Assembly: GCA_963727455.1 (NCBI GenBank)
Contig: CAVSGG010000005.1
Coordinates: 529,538 to 593,537, forward strand
DNA from: Candidatus Krumholzibacteriota bacterium
GTDB taxonomy: Bacteria > Krumholzibacteriota > Krumholzibacteriia > JAJRXK01
DNA: 64,000 bases
Reading direction: 5' to 3'
The notes beneath the pieces are model-generated. The model had not been told where the DNA came from. It did no database searches and worked only from the letters and a program-made list of their open reading frames with translations. Both the position numbers and the translations under genes were made by a program. Shown piece by piece: positions 20,657 through 29,078 of the stretch; position 1 is the first letter of the stretch, and each line of letters opens with the position of its first letter.

Positions 20657-21496
20657 ATGGACGACAGGCGGGTTTGTCCTTGCTGTGAAGGATCGATGGA
20701 GGCCTGGAAGAGCTGGCTTTGGGGATGTCCGAACTGCAGGTTTCTGAGTTCGACCCTAAGTCCTGGTGCGGGGGCTCCGATCGAAGGGGTTGAGGAACTT
20801 CGAAGGAGAAACTTTGCGAGTCTCCTCGATTGGGTGCAGAGACATAGAGAGCTCAAAGGAGCGCGGCTACTGGAGGTAGGATGTTCCACCGGGACTTTCT
20901 TACTTGAAGCTCGCTCCCGTGGATCCGAGGTGCGCGCGATCGAACCCGAGCTGAAGGCGGTTCTGAGAGCCCGTGAGTTGGGATTCGAAGTGGATCATGG
21001 GTTTTTCCCGACTGACCTCAGCTGTGAGGGGCCATTCGACATTGTCGTCTTCAACGATGTCTTCGAGCATCTGCCCAATCCACGAGAATCCCTGGCTGCA
21101 GCGCGTGACCTCATCACAAAGAGCGGCCTTTTCGTGTTGAATCTGCCGAGTTCCAATGGCGTGCTGTACCGCACGGCCGAAGTGCTCGATCGATTGGGAA
21201 TATCAGGGGCACTTGAGCGGCTTTGGCAGCGTGGTCTGAGTTCTCCACATCTCAGCTACTTCAATGGAGGGAATCTGCACGAGTTCCTGACGCGGAATTC
21301 CGATCTCGAGATCTTGGAGCACGGAAGCCTATTGACGATGAGTCGTAGCGGGCTGCTAGCGCGCATACAAAGTACTGTCAGTGGCCCGGCAAGTTGGTTC
21401 GTTTACGGGTGTTTGTATCTGTTGGTAGGATTGCTCGAGAAGATGCCTTCAGACATCCAGTTCGTTATCGCAAGACCTGCTGGAGATGGCCCCTGA
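20657..21496 (+). CDS. Class I SAM-dependent methyltransferase with N-terminal Zn-ribbon
   Basis: CPCC..CPNC, LLEVGCSTG, DVFEHLPNP, HLSYF. Confidence 0.85.
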   Translation: MDDRRVCPCCEGSMEAWKSWLWGCPNCRFLSSTLSPGAGAPIEGVEELRRRNFASLLDWVQRHRELKGARLLEVGCSTGTFLLEARSRGSEVRAIEPELKAVLRARELGFEVDHGFFPTDLSCEGPFDIVVFNDVFEHLPNPRESLAAARDLITKSGLFVLNLPSSNGVLYRTAEVLDRLGISGALERLWQRGLSSPHLSYFNGGNLHEFLTRNSDLEILEHGSLLTMSRSGLLARIQSTVSGPASWFVYGCLYLLVGLLEKMPSDIQFVIARPAGDGP

Positions 21497-21504
21497 CATT
21501 AGTT

Positions 21505-22506
21505 CTACTCCGTGGAGGCCGATGCTTGAGGTTGAGTTTCTTGGCCGAGCCAGGGCATGGCGAGATAGTGCAGCCTACGCGCCTCCAGCCTGCCGTGAGT
21601 GACCGTGTCGAGGATAAGTCCACAGGTAATACTGAGGGATGCGATCAATGCGATTCCGGTTGCTAGGATAGCAGTGGGGAAACGCGGGACGAGACCGGTT
21701 CTCAGAAATTCTGTGACGATCGGCCAACCCAGTCCTATCGAGACGAGGAAGAGGAGTATCCCCAGGCTGCCGAAGAATGCAAGGGGCCGTTCCTCCTTCA
21801 CGAGAAAGAGAATGGTCCGGAGAATGACGAAGCCGTCACGGATGGTGTTTAGTTTACTGGCTGAGCCTTCCGGTCTCTCTTTATAGGGGGCGATCTGCTC
21901 GCGAGTTGGCATGTTCAACTCGAGTGCGTGCACGGTCAGTTCGGTCTCAATTTCAAAACCATGAGAAAGCGCCGGGAATGACTTCACGAACCGCCGGGAA
22001 AAAATCCTGTAACCGGAAAGCATGTCTCGAAGGCGATCTCCAAAGATAGCTCGCACGAGATTGGTCAAGACCACATTCCCGATCCTGTGACCAGTTCGGA
22101 AGGCCGCGGTGACGTTCTTTTCCCGGGCAACGTTCACCATGTCGAGCCGCTCATCGAGCAACATTTCTATGAGACGAGGGGCCACGCCGGCATCGTAGGT
22201 ATCATCTCCGTCCACGAGCACATAGATATCGGCTTCGACATCCGCAAACATGCGCCTGACAACGTGACCCTTCCCTTGGAGAGTCTCATGACGCACGACT
22301 GCGGAGGCCTGCCTCGCGAACTCTACAGTATTATCACTCGAGTTGTTGTCGTAGACGTAGATCGTAGCGTAAGGCAGGACGGCACGGAAGTCGTAGACTA
22401 CTTTCTGAATCGCAGCTTCCTCGTTATAGCACGGAATCAGCACAGCGATTCTGGGGGTACGTTCCACTATAGAGGCCTCTGACTGTCTAATAATGTGAAC
22501 ACCCAA
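21505..22506 (-). CDS. GT2 GtrB/DPM1-like bactoprenol glycosyltransferase with two C-terminal TM helices
   Basis: LIPCYNEE, YDNNSSD, QGKG, VDGDDTY, DMLSGYR, GFEIETE; exact start uncertain. Confidence 0.88.
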   Translation of the reverse strand: MGVHIIRQSEASIVERTPRIAVLIPCYNEEAAIQKVVYDFRAVLPYATIYVYDNNSSDNTVEFARQASAVVRHETLQGKGHVVRRMFADVEADIYVLVDGDDTYDAGVAPRLIEMLLDERLDMVNVAREKNVTAAFRTGHRIGNVVLTNLVRAIFGDRLRDMLSGYRIFSRRFVKSFPALSHGFEIETELTVHALELNMPTREQIAPYKERPEGSASKLNTIRDGFVILRTILFLVKEERPLAFFGSLGILLFLVSIGLGWPIVTEFLRTGLVPRFPTAILATGIALIASLSITCGLILDTVTHGRLEARRLHYLAMPWLGQETQPQASASTE

Positions 22507-22573
22507 CCGCGGCTATGCCGCACTGCCGTAAATCTCGATCCTGGAGATTGAATGGTCGAATTAATAGTGTACT

Positions 22574-24097
22574 ATGAAGCCTTCAAATGTGTCCATCGTC
22601 ATGCGACTCTCCTGTCGAGAGCAAGAGGTTGCCGAGATTATGATGACTGAAGGGCAGGCGCGCTCTCTATGGGGCTACTCGACCGTACACCCGCATCGGG
22701 CTTTGGCCGTAATTCTACTTCTTCATCTCCTTCTTGCCCTTCGCTTTGCGAGCGTGGGCTTGGACATCGACGAGTTCGAGTTCGTACGCGAGCCCTATGA
22801 ACTCCTGGGTGGGGATTACACGAAGGGGTATCTGAAGCAGAGGGAATTCGGGAAAGCGCTGGACGTCGCTCGCCGCGCGTACTGGTTCTATTGGAAGTAT
22901 CGACCTCTCAATGCACCGTTGGTCGCTCCGAAGGATCGCCGGACCTTCGCCGAAGAGGAGAGAGAATTTGGATACGTCGCGCCTACCAGGATTGCCAGAG
23001 ACGACCCAGAAGCTGTTGCCAAGTACAAATCTCGATTAATCGTTCCCGAGCCTGACAGAATGTATCGGCATGGAGCCGGTAAGCCACTTTTGCCTGCGCT
23101 ATTGATGGTCCCCCAGTTGGGGCTAACTTCAGCAGTATTGGGCTCACCGAGGCGTCTACTGGAGATTCAGTTCTCAAGTGGCTACCACGCGGCCTTCATT
23201 CTCGTTCGCTTGGACTTTGTTCTAGCTGGGCTTCTGGCAGTTTTCTTGACATACTGGCTTCTGCAAGGCTTCGCCAGCCCAGGAGTGGCGTTGGTAGGGG
23301 CCGCAATTCTTGGCTTGAATCCAATCTCCGTAAGTTACTTTCCGAACATCCATCATGATGCGATCATGGTGCCCTTTCTACTCGGAAGCATGGGCTTGCT
23401 TATCAGACGCAAACTCGTTCTTGGTGGAATCGCATTTGGCTTGGCCCTAGCAAGCAAGAACTCAGCGATACTTGTTGCTCCTGCAATGGCCTATCTCCTT
23501 CTGTCTGAAAAAGTCTGGTCGGGCGAAAGTTTGTCGTCGCACGCGAAGATAGTCGGATGCGCGAAGAGGATTTTGCTGTTCGCAGTAACTGCAATCGTGG
23601 TCTTGGTGCCATTCGCTAACCCAATCTCTTACACGAAAGAACTACTCACTCCGGTCAGTGGTCGAGCCTACGACTCTCGTGGTGAGAACATCGCCGGCTA
23701 CTCGCTCGTCGAGCGGGGTGGGGATGCGGATGACTCGCAGTCGATTTCGCACTCCGTGGTGAGGCCGGAGATCGACTTTTTGCAGAGAGTCACTGGGTTC
23801 AAGTTTACTCTTTGGTTTCCTGCGCTTCTGGGTATGCTCTTAATGGCTCTCCACCTGCAAGAGACAGGATCGCGGGCAGCCTGGATTTGGATGCTCGCGA
23901 TCTTCCCTGCTGGCGCCGTCTTCAGCTACTCGATGAATTATAGGGCCCTCATGTTTCTGCCACCATTCGCAATACTCGGAGCAACCTTGTTGCCGCGACG
24001 CTGGGCATGGTTACTAGTTCTTGCCCTTTGTTGCGCGAGCGTGGTCTATGCATGGGATCCAATGACCGTGAATATCTACCACACTCCGGTGCGATAG
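22574..24097 (+). CDS. GT-C (PMT/GT39-like) membrane glycosyltransferase
   Basis: LDIDEFEFV acidic motif after the first TM, HHDAIM, GLALASKN, multiple TMs; start uncertain. Confidence 0.65.
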   Translation: MKPSNVSIVMRLSCREQEVAEIMMTEGQARSLWGYSTVHPHRALAVILLLHLLLALRFASVGLDIDEFEFVREPYELLGGDYTKGYLKQREFGKALDVARRAYWFYWKYRPLNAPLVAPKDRRTFAEEEREFGYVAPTRIARDDPEAVAKYKSRLIVPEPDRMYRHGAGKPLLPALLMVPQLGLTSAVLGSPRRLLEIQFSSGYHAAFILVRLDFVLAGLLAVFLTYWLLQGFASPGVALVGAAILGLNPISVSYFPNIHHDAIMVPFLLGSMGLLIRRKLVLGGIAFGLALASKNSAILVAPAMAYLLLSEKVWSGESLSSHAKIVGCAKRILLFAVTAIVVLVPFANPISYTKELLTPVSGRAYDSRGENIAGYSLVERGGDADDSQSISHSVVRPEIDFLQRVTGFKFTLWFPALLGMLLMALHLQETGSRAAWIWMLAIFPAGAVFSYSMNYRALMFLPPFAILGATLLPRRWAWLLVLALCCASVVYAWDPMTVNIYHTPVR

Positions 24098-24099
24098 TA

Positions 24100-26508
24100 G
24101 TGTGGCGACGCATCGCTCGGATTAGCTTTCTGCTGGTTGCATGCATTCTGGGCCTCGTACTCCTTGCCCTCATACCCCTGACCATCGTGCTTCGCTCCAG
24201 TCTGCCCCGTCTCGAAGGCGAGTGTAGACTGGTTGGTCTACAACAAGTCGTGAGCGTGACCCGCGATTCTCTTGGCGTTCCGGAGATCGAAGCGCAGAAT
24301 CGCATGGATGCAGCACGTGCCCTTGGCTTCCTCCACGCGCAGGACCGTTTTTTCCAGATGGACCTCTTGCGGCGCAGCGCGGCGGGAGAACTGTCCGCGC
24401 TCTTGGGTCCAGCTCTCTTGCCAACGGATCATTCCCTGCGCCGGCACCGCTTTCGTGAGAGAGCCAAGCTGCTCGTATCTCGATGCCATGGACGCAATCA
24501 CCAGATCCTCCTGGCCTACACTGAAGGCGTGAACGAGGGCCTGACCGCTCTGCGCGCGCGACCCTTCGAATATCTGCTGCTGCGCCAGAAACCCAAACCA
24601 TGGCGTCCCGAGGACACCTATTTGACGCTGTACGCCATGTTCTTGGATCTGGGTCTCTCCGGAGCGCACGCCGAGGAGACTTACGAGAGCGTGAGGGAGA
24701 TGCTCCCGCCAGCTCTCGCCACGATGCTCCTGCCGAGGGGCAATCGCTGGGACGCTCCTCTGGAGCGGGGAGAAATGGAAGGGGTGGTCCTTCCCGGCGC
24801 GAGCCAGGTGGATTTGCGTCACGACCAACGCTATGAAACCAGCAACGGCCCGATGGAAGAGCCTGCCCCGCCGGAGCCGGCCGGTTCGAACAACTGGGCC
24901 GTGGCGGGCTCGCTCACCGGGCACGGCGGAGCCCTGCTGGCCAACGATATGCATTTGGGACACGCTCTCCCCAACATCTGGTATAGGGCTCTCATGAGTT
25001 GGCCCGAGGGCGGGGGAGTTCGCTCGGTGGTGGGAGTCACTCTGCCCGGCGCGCCGGCGCTGGTCGCAGGTAGCAACGGAGATGTGGCCTGGGGCTTCAC
25101 CAACAGCCAGGGGGATTGGTGCGATCTCGTCCGGGTCGACCTCGCCGCGGACGACTCGAGCCTCTACCGCACGCCGACTGGCTGGAGACACCTACAGCCT
25201 TTCGCGGAGCGCTTTGAGGTCGCCGGTGCCGAGGCGGATACCAACTGGGTGGACGAGACCATCTGGGGCCCCATCTGGACGCACGACGACGAAGGACGTC
25301 CGCTCGCCCTGCACTGGACGGCCTATGACACGAGCGCGGTGAATCTGAAACTTATGGATTTGGAGTCAGTCACTAGCGTCGATTCCGTGGTGGCGATGGG
25401 CGCTTACCTGGGGATTCCCGAGCAGAACTTGGTCTGTGCCGACCGCAACGGGCGCATCGCCTGGACGTTGGCCGGAGCCATCCCCGAACGGATCGGTTTC
25501 AGCGGTCGTTTTCCTCGCTCCTGGGCCGACGGCAGTTGCCGTTGGGAGGGGTACTGTGATGCGCAAACTCAACCCAAACTGCTCGACCCTCCCGAGGGAC
25601 GACTGTGGACGGCCAACAACCGGGTGACCGTAGGCAAAGACCTCGATCGGATCGGGAACGGGGGCTACGCGCTGGGCGCGCGCGCCACACAGATCCGCGA
25701 CGACCTGCGCGCATTGAACCATCCGGTGGAGAAAGACATGCTGGCGATCCAACTGGATGACCGGGCCGACTTCATGGGCCAGTGGCGAGAGCTTTTTCTC
25801 GGAGTTCTGCAACGAACACATCCCGGACTGAATGAGCCGAGGGCGGAGTTCGCAAGGATCGTGCGCGACAATTGGTCGGGCCGCGCGGACACGGAGTCAG
25901 TGGCATATCGCTTGGTGCGCGAGACCACCGAGCGCTGCGTGGCGGAGATCTACGCCATGCTCACCGCACCCTGTCGCGAGGCGAATCCGAACTTCCGATC
26001 CTCATGGCTACCCTTCCGTCACGCAGTGTGCTGGAAGCTGCTGAAAGAACAGCCGTCGAATCTCCTCACGGACCGTTACGCGAGTTGGGATGCCCTTGCG
26101 CTCACCGCCATCGATCATGTTATCGAAGAGGCCGTCGCCGATGGCCGCGCACTCGAGGATTACCGCTGGGGAGAACGCAACATGGTGGACATCGCCCATC
26201 CCTTCTGCCGTCTCTTTCCCTGGCTCAGACGCTGGCTCTCGCTTCCCAGGCGCGCTCTGCCGGGAGACTCCTGGATGCCGCGCGTACAACATCCACGGCG
26301 GGGGGCGAGCGAAAGGCTGGTGGTTTCTCCGGGACGCGAGGAGCAAGGCATTTTCGAGATGCCGGGGGGACAGAGCGGTCATCCGCTCTCGCCCTTCTTC
26401 AGGGCCGGTACGCGGGCCTGGGAGGAGGGCAAAGCCACGCCGCTACTCCCCGGGCCCGCAAAATACCGGCTCGTCCTCAGGCCCCCGCAATTAGAGGACA
26501 GAGACTAG
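24100..26508 (+). CDS. Penicillin acylase / acyl-homoserine-lactone acylase family Ntn-hydrolase, N-terminally anchored
   Basis: RDSLGVPEI, GFLHAQDRFFQMDL, GSNNWAV (catalytic Ser), ANDMHL, TANNR, PGGQSGHPLSP. Confidence 0.92.
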   Translation: MWRRIARISFLLVACILGLVLLALIPLTIVLRSSLPRLEGECRLVGLQQVVSVTRDSLGVPEIEAQNRMDAARALGFLHAQDRFFQMDLLRRSAAGELSALLGPALLPTDHSLRRHRFRERAKLLVSRCHGRNHQILLAYTEGVNEGLTALRARPFEYLLLRQKPKPWRPEDTYLTLYAMFLDLGLSGAHAEETYESVREMLPPALATMLLPRGNRWDAPLERGEMEGVVLPGASQVDLRHDQRYETSNGPMEEPAPPEPAGSNNWAVAGSLTGHGGALLANDMHLGHALPNIWYRALMSWPEGGGVRSVVGVTLPGAPALVAGSNGDVAWGFTNSQGDWCDLVRVDLAADDSSLYRTPTGWRHLQPFAERFEVAGAEADTNWVDETIWGPIWTHDDEGRPLALHWTAYDTSAVNLKLMDLESVTSVDSVVAMGAYLGIPEQNLVCADRNGRIAWTLAGAIPERIGFSGRFPRSWADGSCRWEGYCDAQTQPKLLDPPEGRLWTANNRVTVGKDLDRIGNGGYALGARATQIRDDLRALNHPVEKDMLAIQLDDRADFMGQWRELFLGVLQRTHPGLNEPRAEFARIVRDNWSGRADTESVAYRLVRETTERCVAEIYAMLTAPCREANPNFRSSWLPFRHAVCWKLLKEQPSNLLTDRYASWDALALTAIDHVIEEAVADGRALEDYRWGERNMVDIAHPFCRLFPWLRRWLSLPRRALPGDSWMPRVQHPRRGASERLVVSPGREEQGIFEMPGGQSGHPLSPFFRAGTRAWEEGKATPLLPGPAKYRLVLRPPQLEDRD

Positions 26509-26586
26509 GCCAGAGGGCCCATCCGCCGCCGCCGTGCGGCTTCGCCCTCAAAGCCGCCCCTCGCGAGATTTCTCGGGGCCGCTAGA

Positions 26587-26616
26587 TTGCTTGCGATGGG
26601 GCAAGAGTGCTATACT
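26587..26616 (+). promoter_or_regulatory. Putative sigma70 promoter with extended -10
   Basis: TTGCTT-N18-TATACT with TG at the extended position (TGCTATACT). Confidence 0.45.
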
Positions 26617-26769
26617 GATTCTCCTGGCGGGGATCCCAGTAGAAAAAGGCTTTAGAGCCACACCATGCGACGTTTGCGGCAGCATCTCCGTCTCTTCCGA
26701 ACATGCGGAAAGGGCTCCCATCCTCTCCGAGAGTTGCGCGTCGTTCCTTTCGAATCTTCGAGGTGATCC

Positions 26770-27903
26770 ATGGATCTGTCCGTGATCCTCACTTACCGCT
26801 GTGACTCGCGCTGCTCGATGTGCAACATCTGGCAGAATCCGACGCGGACCAGTAGCGAAGTGACCCTCGAAACTCTGGAACAGCTCCCGGGCGGCTTCGA
26901 CCACCTGAACCTCACTGGGGGCGAGCCGACCCTCCGCAAGGACCTCGCAGAGATCGTCGATGTCCTCTCGCCCAAGGCATGCACGACGGAAATTTCGACC
27001 AACGGCCTTCATCCGGACAAGTTGGTTCCCATCGTGAAGCGCCATCCCAACATCAAGATCCGCATCAGCGTGGAGGGCTTCGAGGCCACGAACAATTGCA
27101 TCCGCGGCGAGAAAGAGGGCTTCACCAAGAAGATGGAGTGCATGGATGCCCTGATCGAAGCGGGAGGAAGGGACCTGGGCTTCGCCACCACCTTCCAGGA
27201 CGAAAACGTGGACGAAATCGTGGACCTCTACGTCATGAGCCGCGACAAAAAAGTTGAATTTGCGACCTCCGCGCTGCACAACGGCTTCCAGTTCCACAAG
27301 GACGACAACGTTCCCTACGATCGCCGGGCCATCGCAGCGAGGGTGGAGGATCTGGTCAGCGAGATGATGAAGGCCTGGGATGCGAAGACACTGTTCCGCG
27401 CCTACTTGAACCTCGGTCTCATTGCGAAAGTCCTCGGACACGACCGGCTCATCCCGTGTACGGCAGGTAGCATGTTCGCCTTCATCGACCCCTGGAGCGA
27501 CGTCTACGCCTGCAACGTTCGCCCTGATCTCAAAATGGGCAACCTCCTCGAGGCCAACTGGAAGGAGATCATGAACTCGCCGCTGGCCAAGGAGCAGCGG
27601 CAGAAAGTTGCGGCCTGTACCCAGAACTGTTGGATGGTGGCTTCGGCCAAGACCGCGATGCGGAACGAGCACTACGCGAAACTCCCGCGGATGAAGCCAC
27701 TGCTCTGGGTGATGCGAAACAAGGTGCGGAGCATCCTGGGAATTCGCATTCCGTTCGAGAAGTACGTCGACTATTCCATCGTGCATCAGGACGAGAACAT
27801 CGTGCGGCGCGAAAGCTATCTGGGGAAACGTCAGAAGGCAGTCATGCAGCCCGACGAGAGCCGGCAGTACGGCCAGTTTGAAAACGGTTTCTTCAATCGC
27901 TAG
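26770..27903 (+). CDS. Radical SAM protein with SPASM/twitch domain
   Basis: CDSRCSMC, TGGEP, STNG; C-terminal PCTAG..IDPWSDVYAC..CTQNC. Confidence 0.9.
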   Translation: MDLSVILTYRCDSRCSMCNIWQNPTRTSSEVTLETLEQLPGGFDHLNLTGGEPTLRKDLAEIVDVLSPKACTTEISTNGLHPDKLVPIVKRHPNIKIRISVEGFEATNNCIRGEKEGFTKKMECMDALIEAGGRDLGFATTFQDENVDEIVDLYVMSRDKKVEFATSALHNGFQFHKDDNVPYDRRAIAARVEDLVSEMMKAWDAKTLFRAYLNLGLIAKVLGHDRLIPCTAGSMFAFIDPWSDVYACNVRPDLKMGNLLEANWKEIMNSPLAKEQRQKVAACTQNCWMVASAKTAMRNEHYAKLPRMKPLLWVMRNKVRSILGIRIPFEKYVDYSIVHQDENIVRRESYLGKRQKAVMQPDESRQYGQFENGFFNR

Positions 27904-27914
27904 GGGTCTCGCGG

Positions 27915-29078
27915 ATGAATGTCGCCATCCTGGGGATCAAGACTCTGCCCGCGGTGGCGGGAGCCGATCGGGTCGTCGAGAAGCTCCTGGAGAACTTCTC
28001 CGGAGAAAATGACTATTGGATCTACCTGCGGAAGGACACGTCCTCAAAGACCGTCTGCCACGACAATCTGCATTTCATCCACGTCCCTGCGCTCAGTGGA
28101 AAGCATCTCGGGTCGTTCAGCTACTTCTTCCTGTGCTGTGTGCACTATCTGCTCAAGGGTCGCTACGATCTCGCCCACGTGCACAATTCGGATTTCGGTT
28201 TCTTCGTGCCCCTCCTGCGCCTCAAATTCAGGGTTCCCATCCTGGGCACCTTCCACGGCGATCCCTACACGCGCCAGAAGTGGGGACGCTTCGCAAAGTT
28301 CTACTTGAGGCTCTCCGAGAGATTCTTCGTGCAGTTCTGCCACCGCCTGAGTTCGGTTTCTCGCTTCAAAGGGCGGGTCAATGGGCTGTGGAGCAGCAAG
28401 CAAGTGGACTACATCCCTAACGGCGTTGACCCCTACTTTCAGGAGAGTCACCCCGAGAGTCTCGATCTCGCGGATATGGCTTTGATGCCCGGGGCCTACG
28501 TCCTCTTCGCCTGTGGCCGGCTCGATTCCACGAAGGGACTGCACCATCTCCTGAGTGCTTGGGAGAGTGTGGATACCCCGTTGAAGTTGTGCGTCGTGGG
28601 CGACTTCACGCACGATGCGGCCTACAGCGCGAGAGTGGACGCAAGGATCGCTGCCGATGCTTCGATCGTTGCGCAACGAAGGCTGCTGGGGAGGGAGGCC
28701 CTTTTGGAGTTGGTGCGAAACTGCAAGCTCTTCGTGTTTCCTTCCGAATACGAGGCGATGTCGATGATGCTGCTCGAGGCGATCTCCTGCAAACGCCCCG
28801 TTCTCTGTTCAGACATTCCCGCCAACCGTGAGCTTCTCGTCCCCGACTATCCCTACCTTCATCGCACAAAGGATTCGGATTCGCTCGCCGAGCGACTTCA
28901 GGCCGCGTTGACGGATACGCGGCTCGAGGATTGGAGCTCGCGGCTCTACGAGCGCTGCATGCACGAGTACGCATGGGACTCCATCGCGTCCGCCTATGAG
29001 AGTCTCTATGCCTCGCTGAAAGGAGAGCCGCTCTCCGAAAGTTCGGTGGGGATGCCGGCGCAGAACGGGAGTGCCTAG
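27915..29078 (+). CDS. Glycosyltransferase family 4
   Basis: MNVAILGIK, GRLDSTKG, FPSEYEAMSMMLLEA, CSDIPAN. Confidence 0.87.
   Translation: MNVAILGIKTLPAVAGADRVVEKLLENFSGENDYWIYLRKDTSSKTVCHDNLHFIHVPALSGKHLGSFSYFFLCCVHYLLKGRYDLAHVHNSDFGFFVPLLRLKFRVPILGTFHGDPYTRQKWGRFAKFYLRLSERFFVQFCHRLSSVSRFKGRVNGLWSSKQVDYIPNGVDPYFQESHPESLDLADMALMPGAYVLFACGRLDSTKGLHHLLSAWESVDTPLKLCVVGDFTHDAAYSARVDARIAADASIVAQRRLLGREALLELVRNCKLFVFPSEYEAMSMMLLEAISCKRPVLCSDIPANRELLVPDYPYLHRTKDSDSLAERLQAALTDTRLEDWSSRLYERCMHEYAWDSIASAYESLYASLKGEPLSESSVGMPAQNGSA

Noticed and set aside
26665-26766. 33-aa ORF (MRRLRQHLRLFRTCGKGSHPLRELRVVPFESSR) just upstream of the radical SAM/SPASM gene as a RiPP precursor
   Set aside because: No convincing RBS, no leader/core pattern, no RRE, peptidase or transporter nearby; its stop coincides with the rSAM RBS and the context is glycan synthesis.
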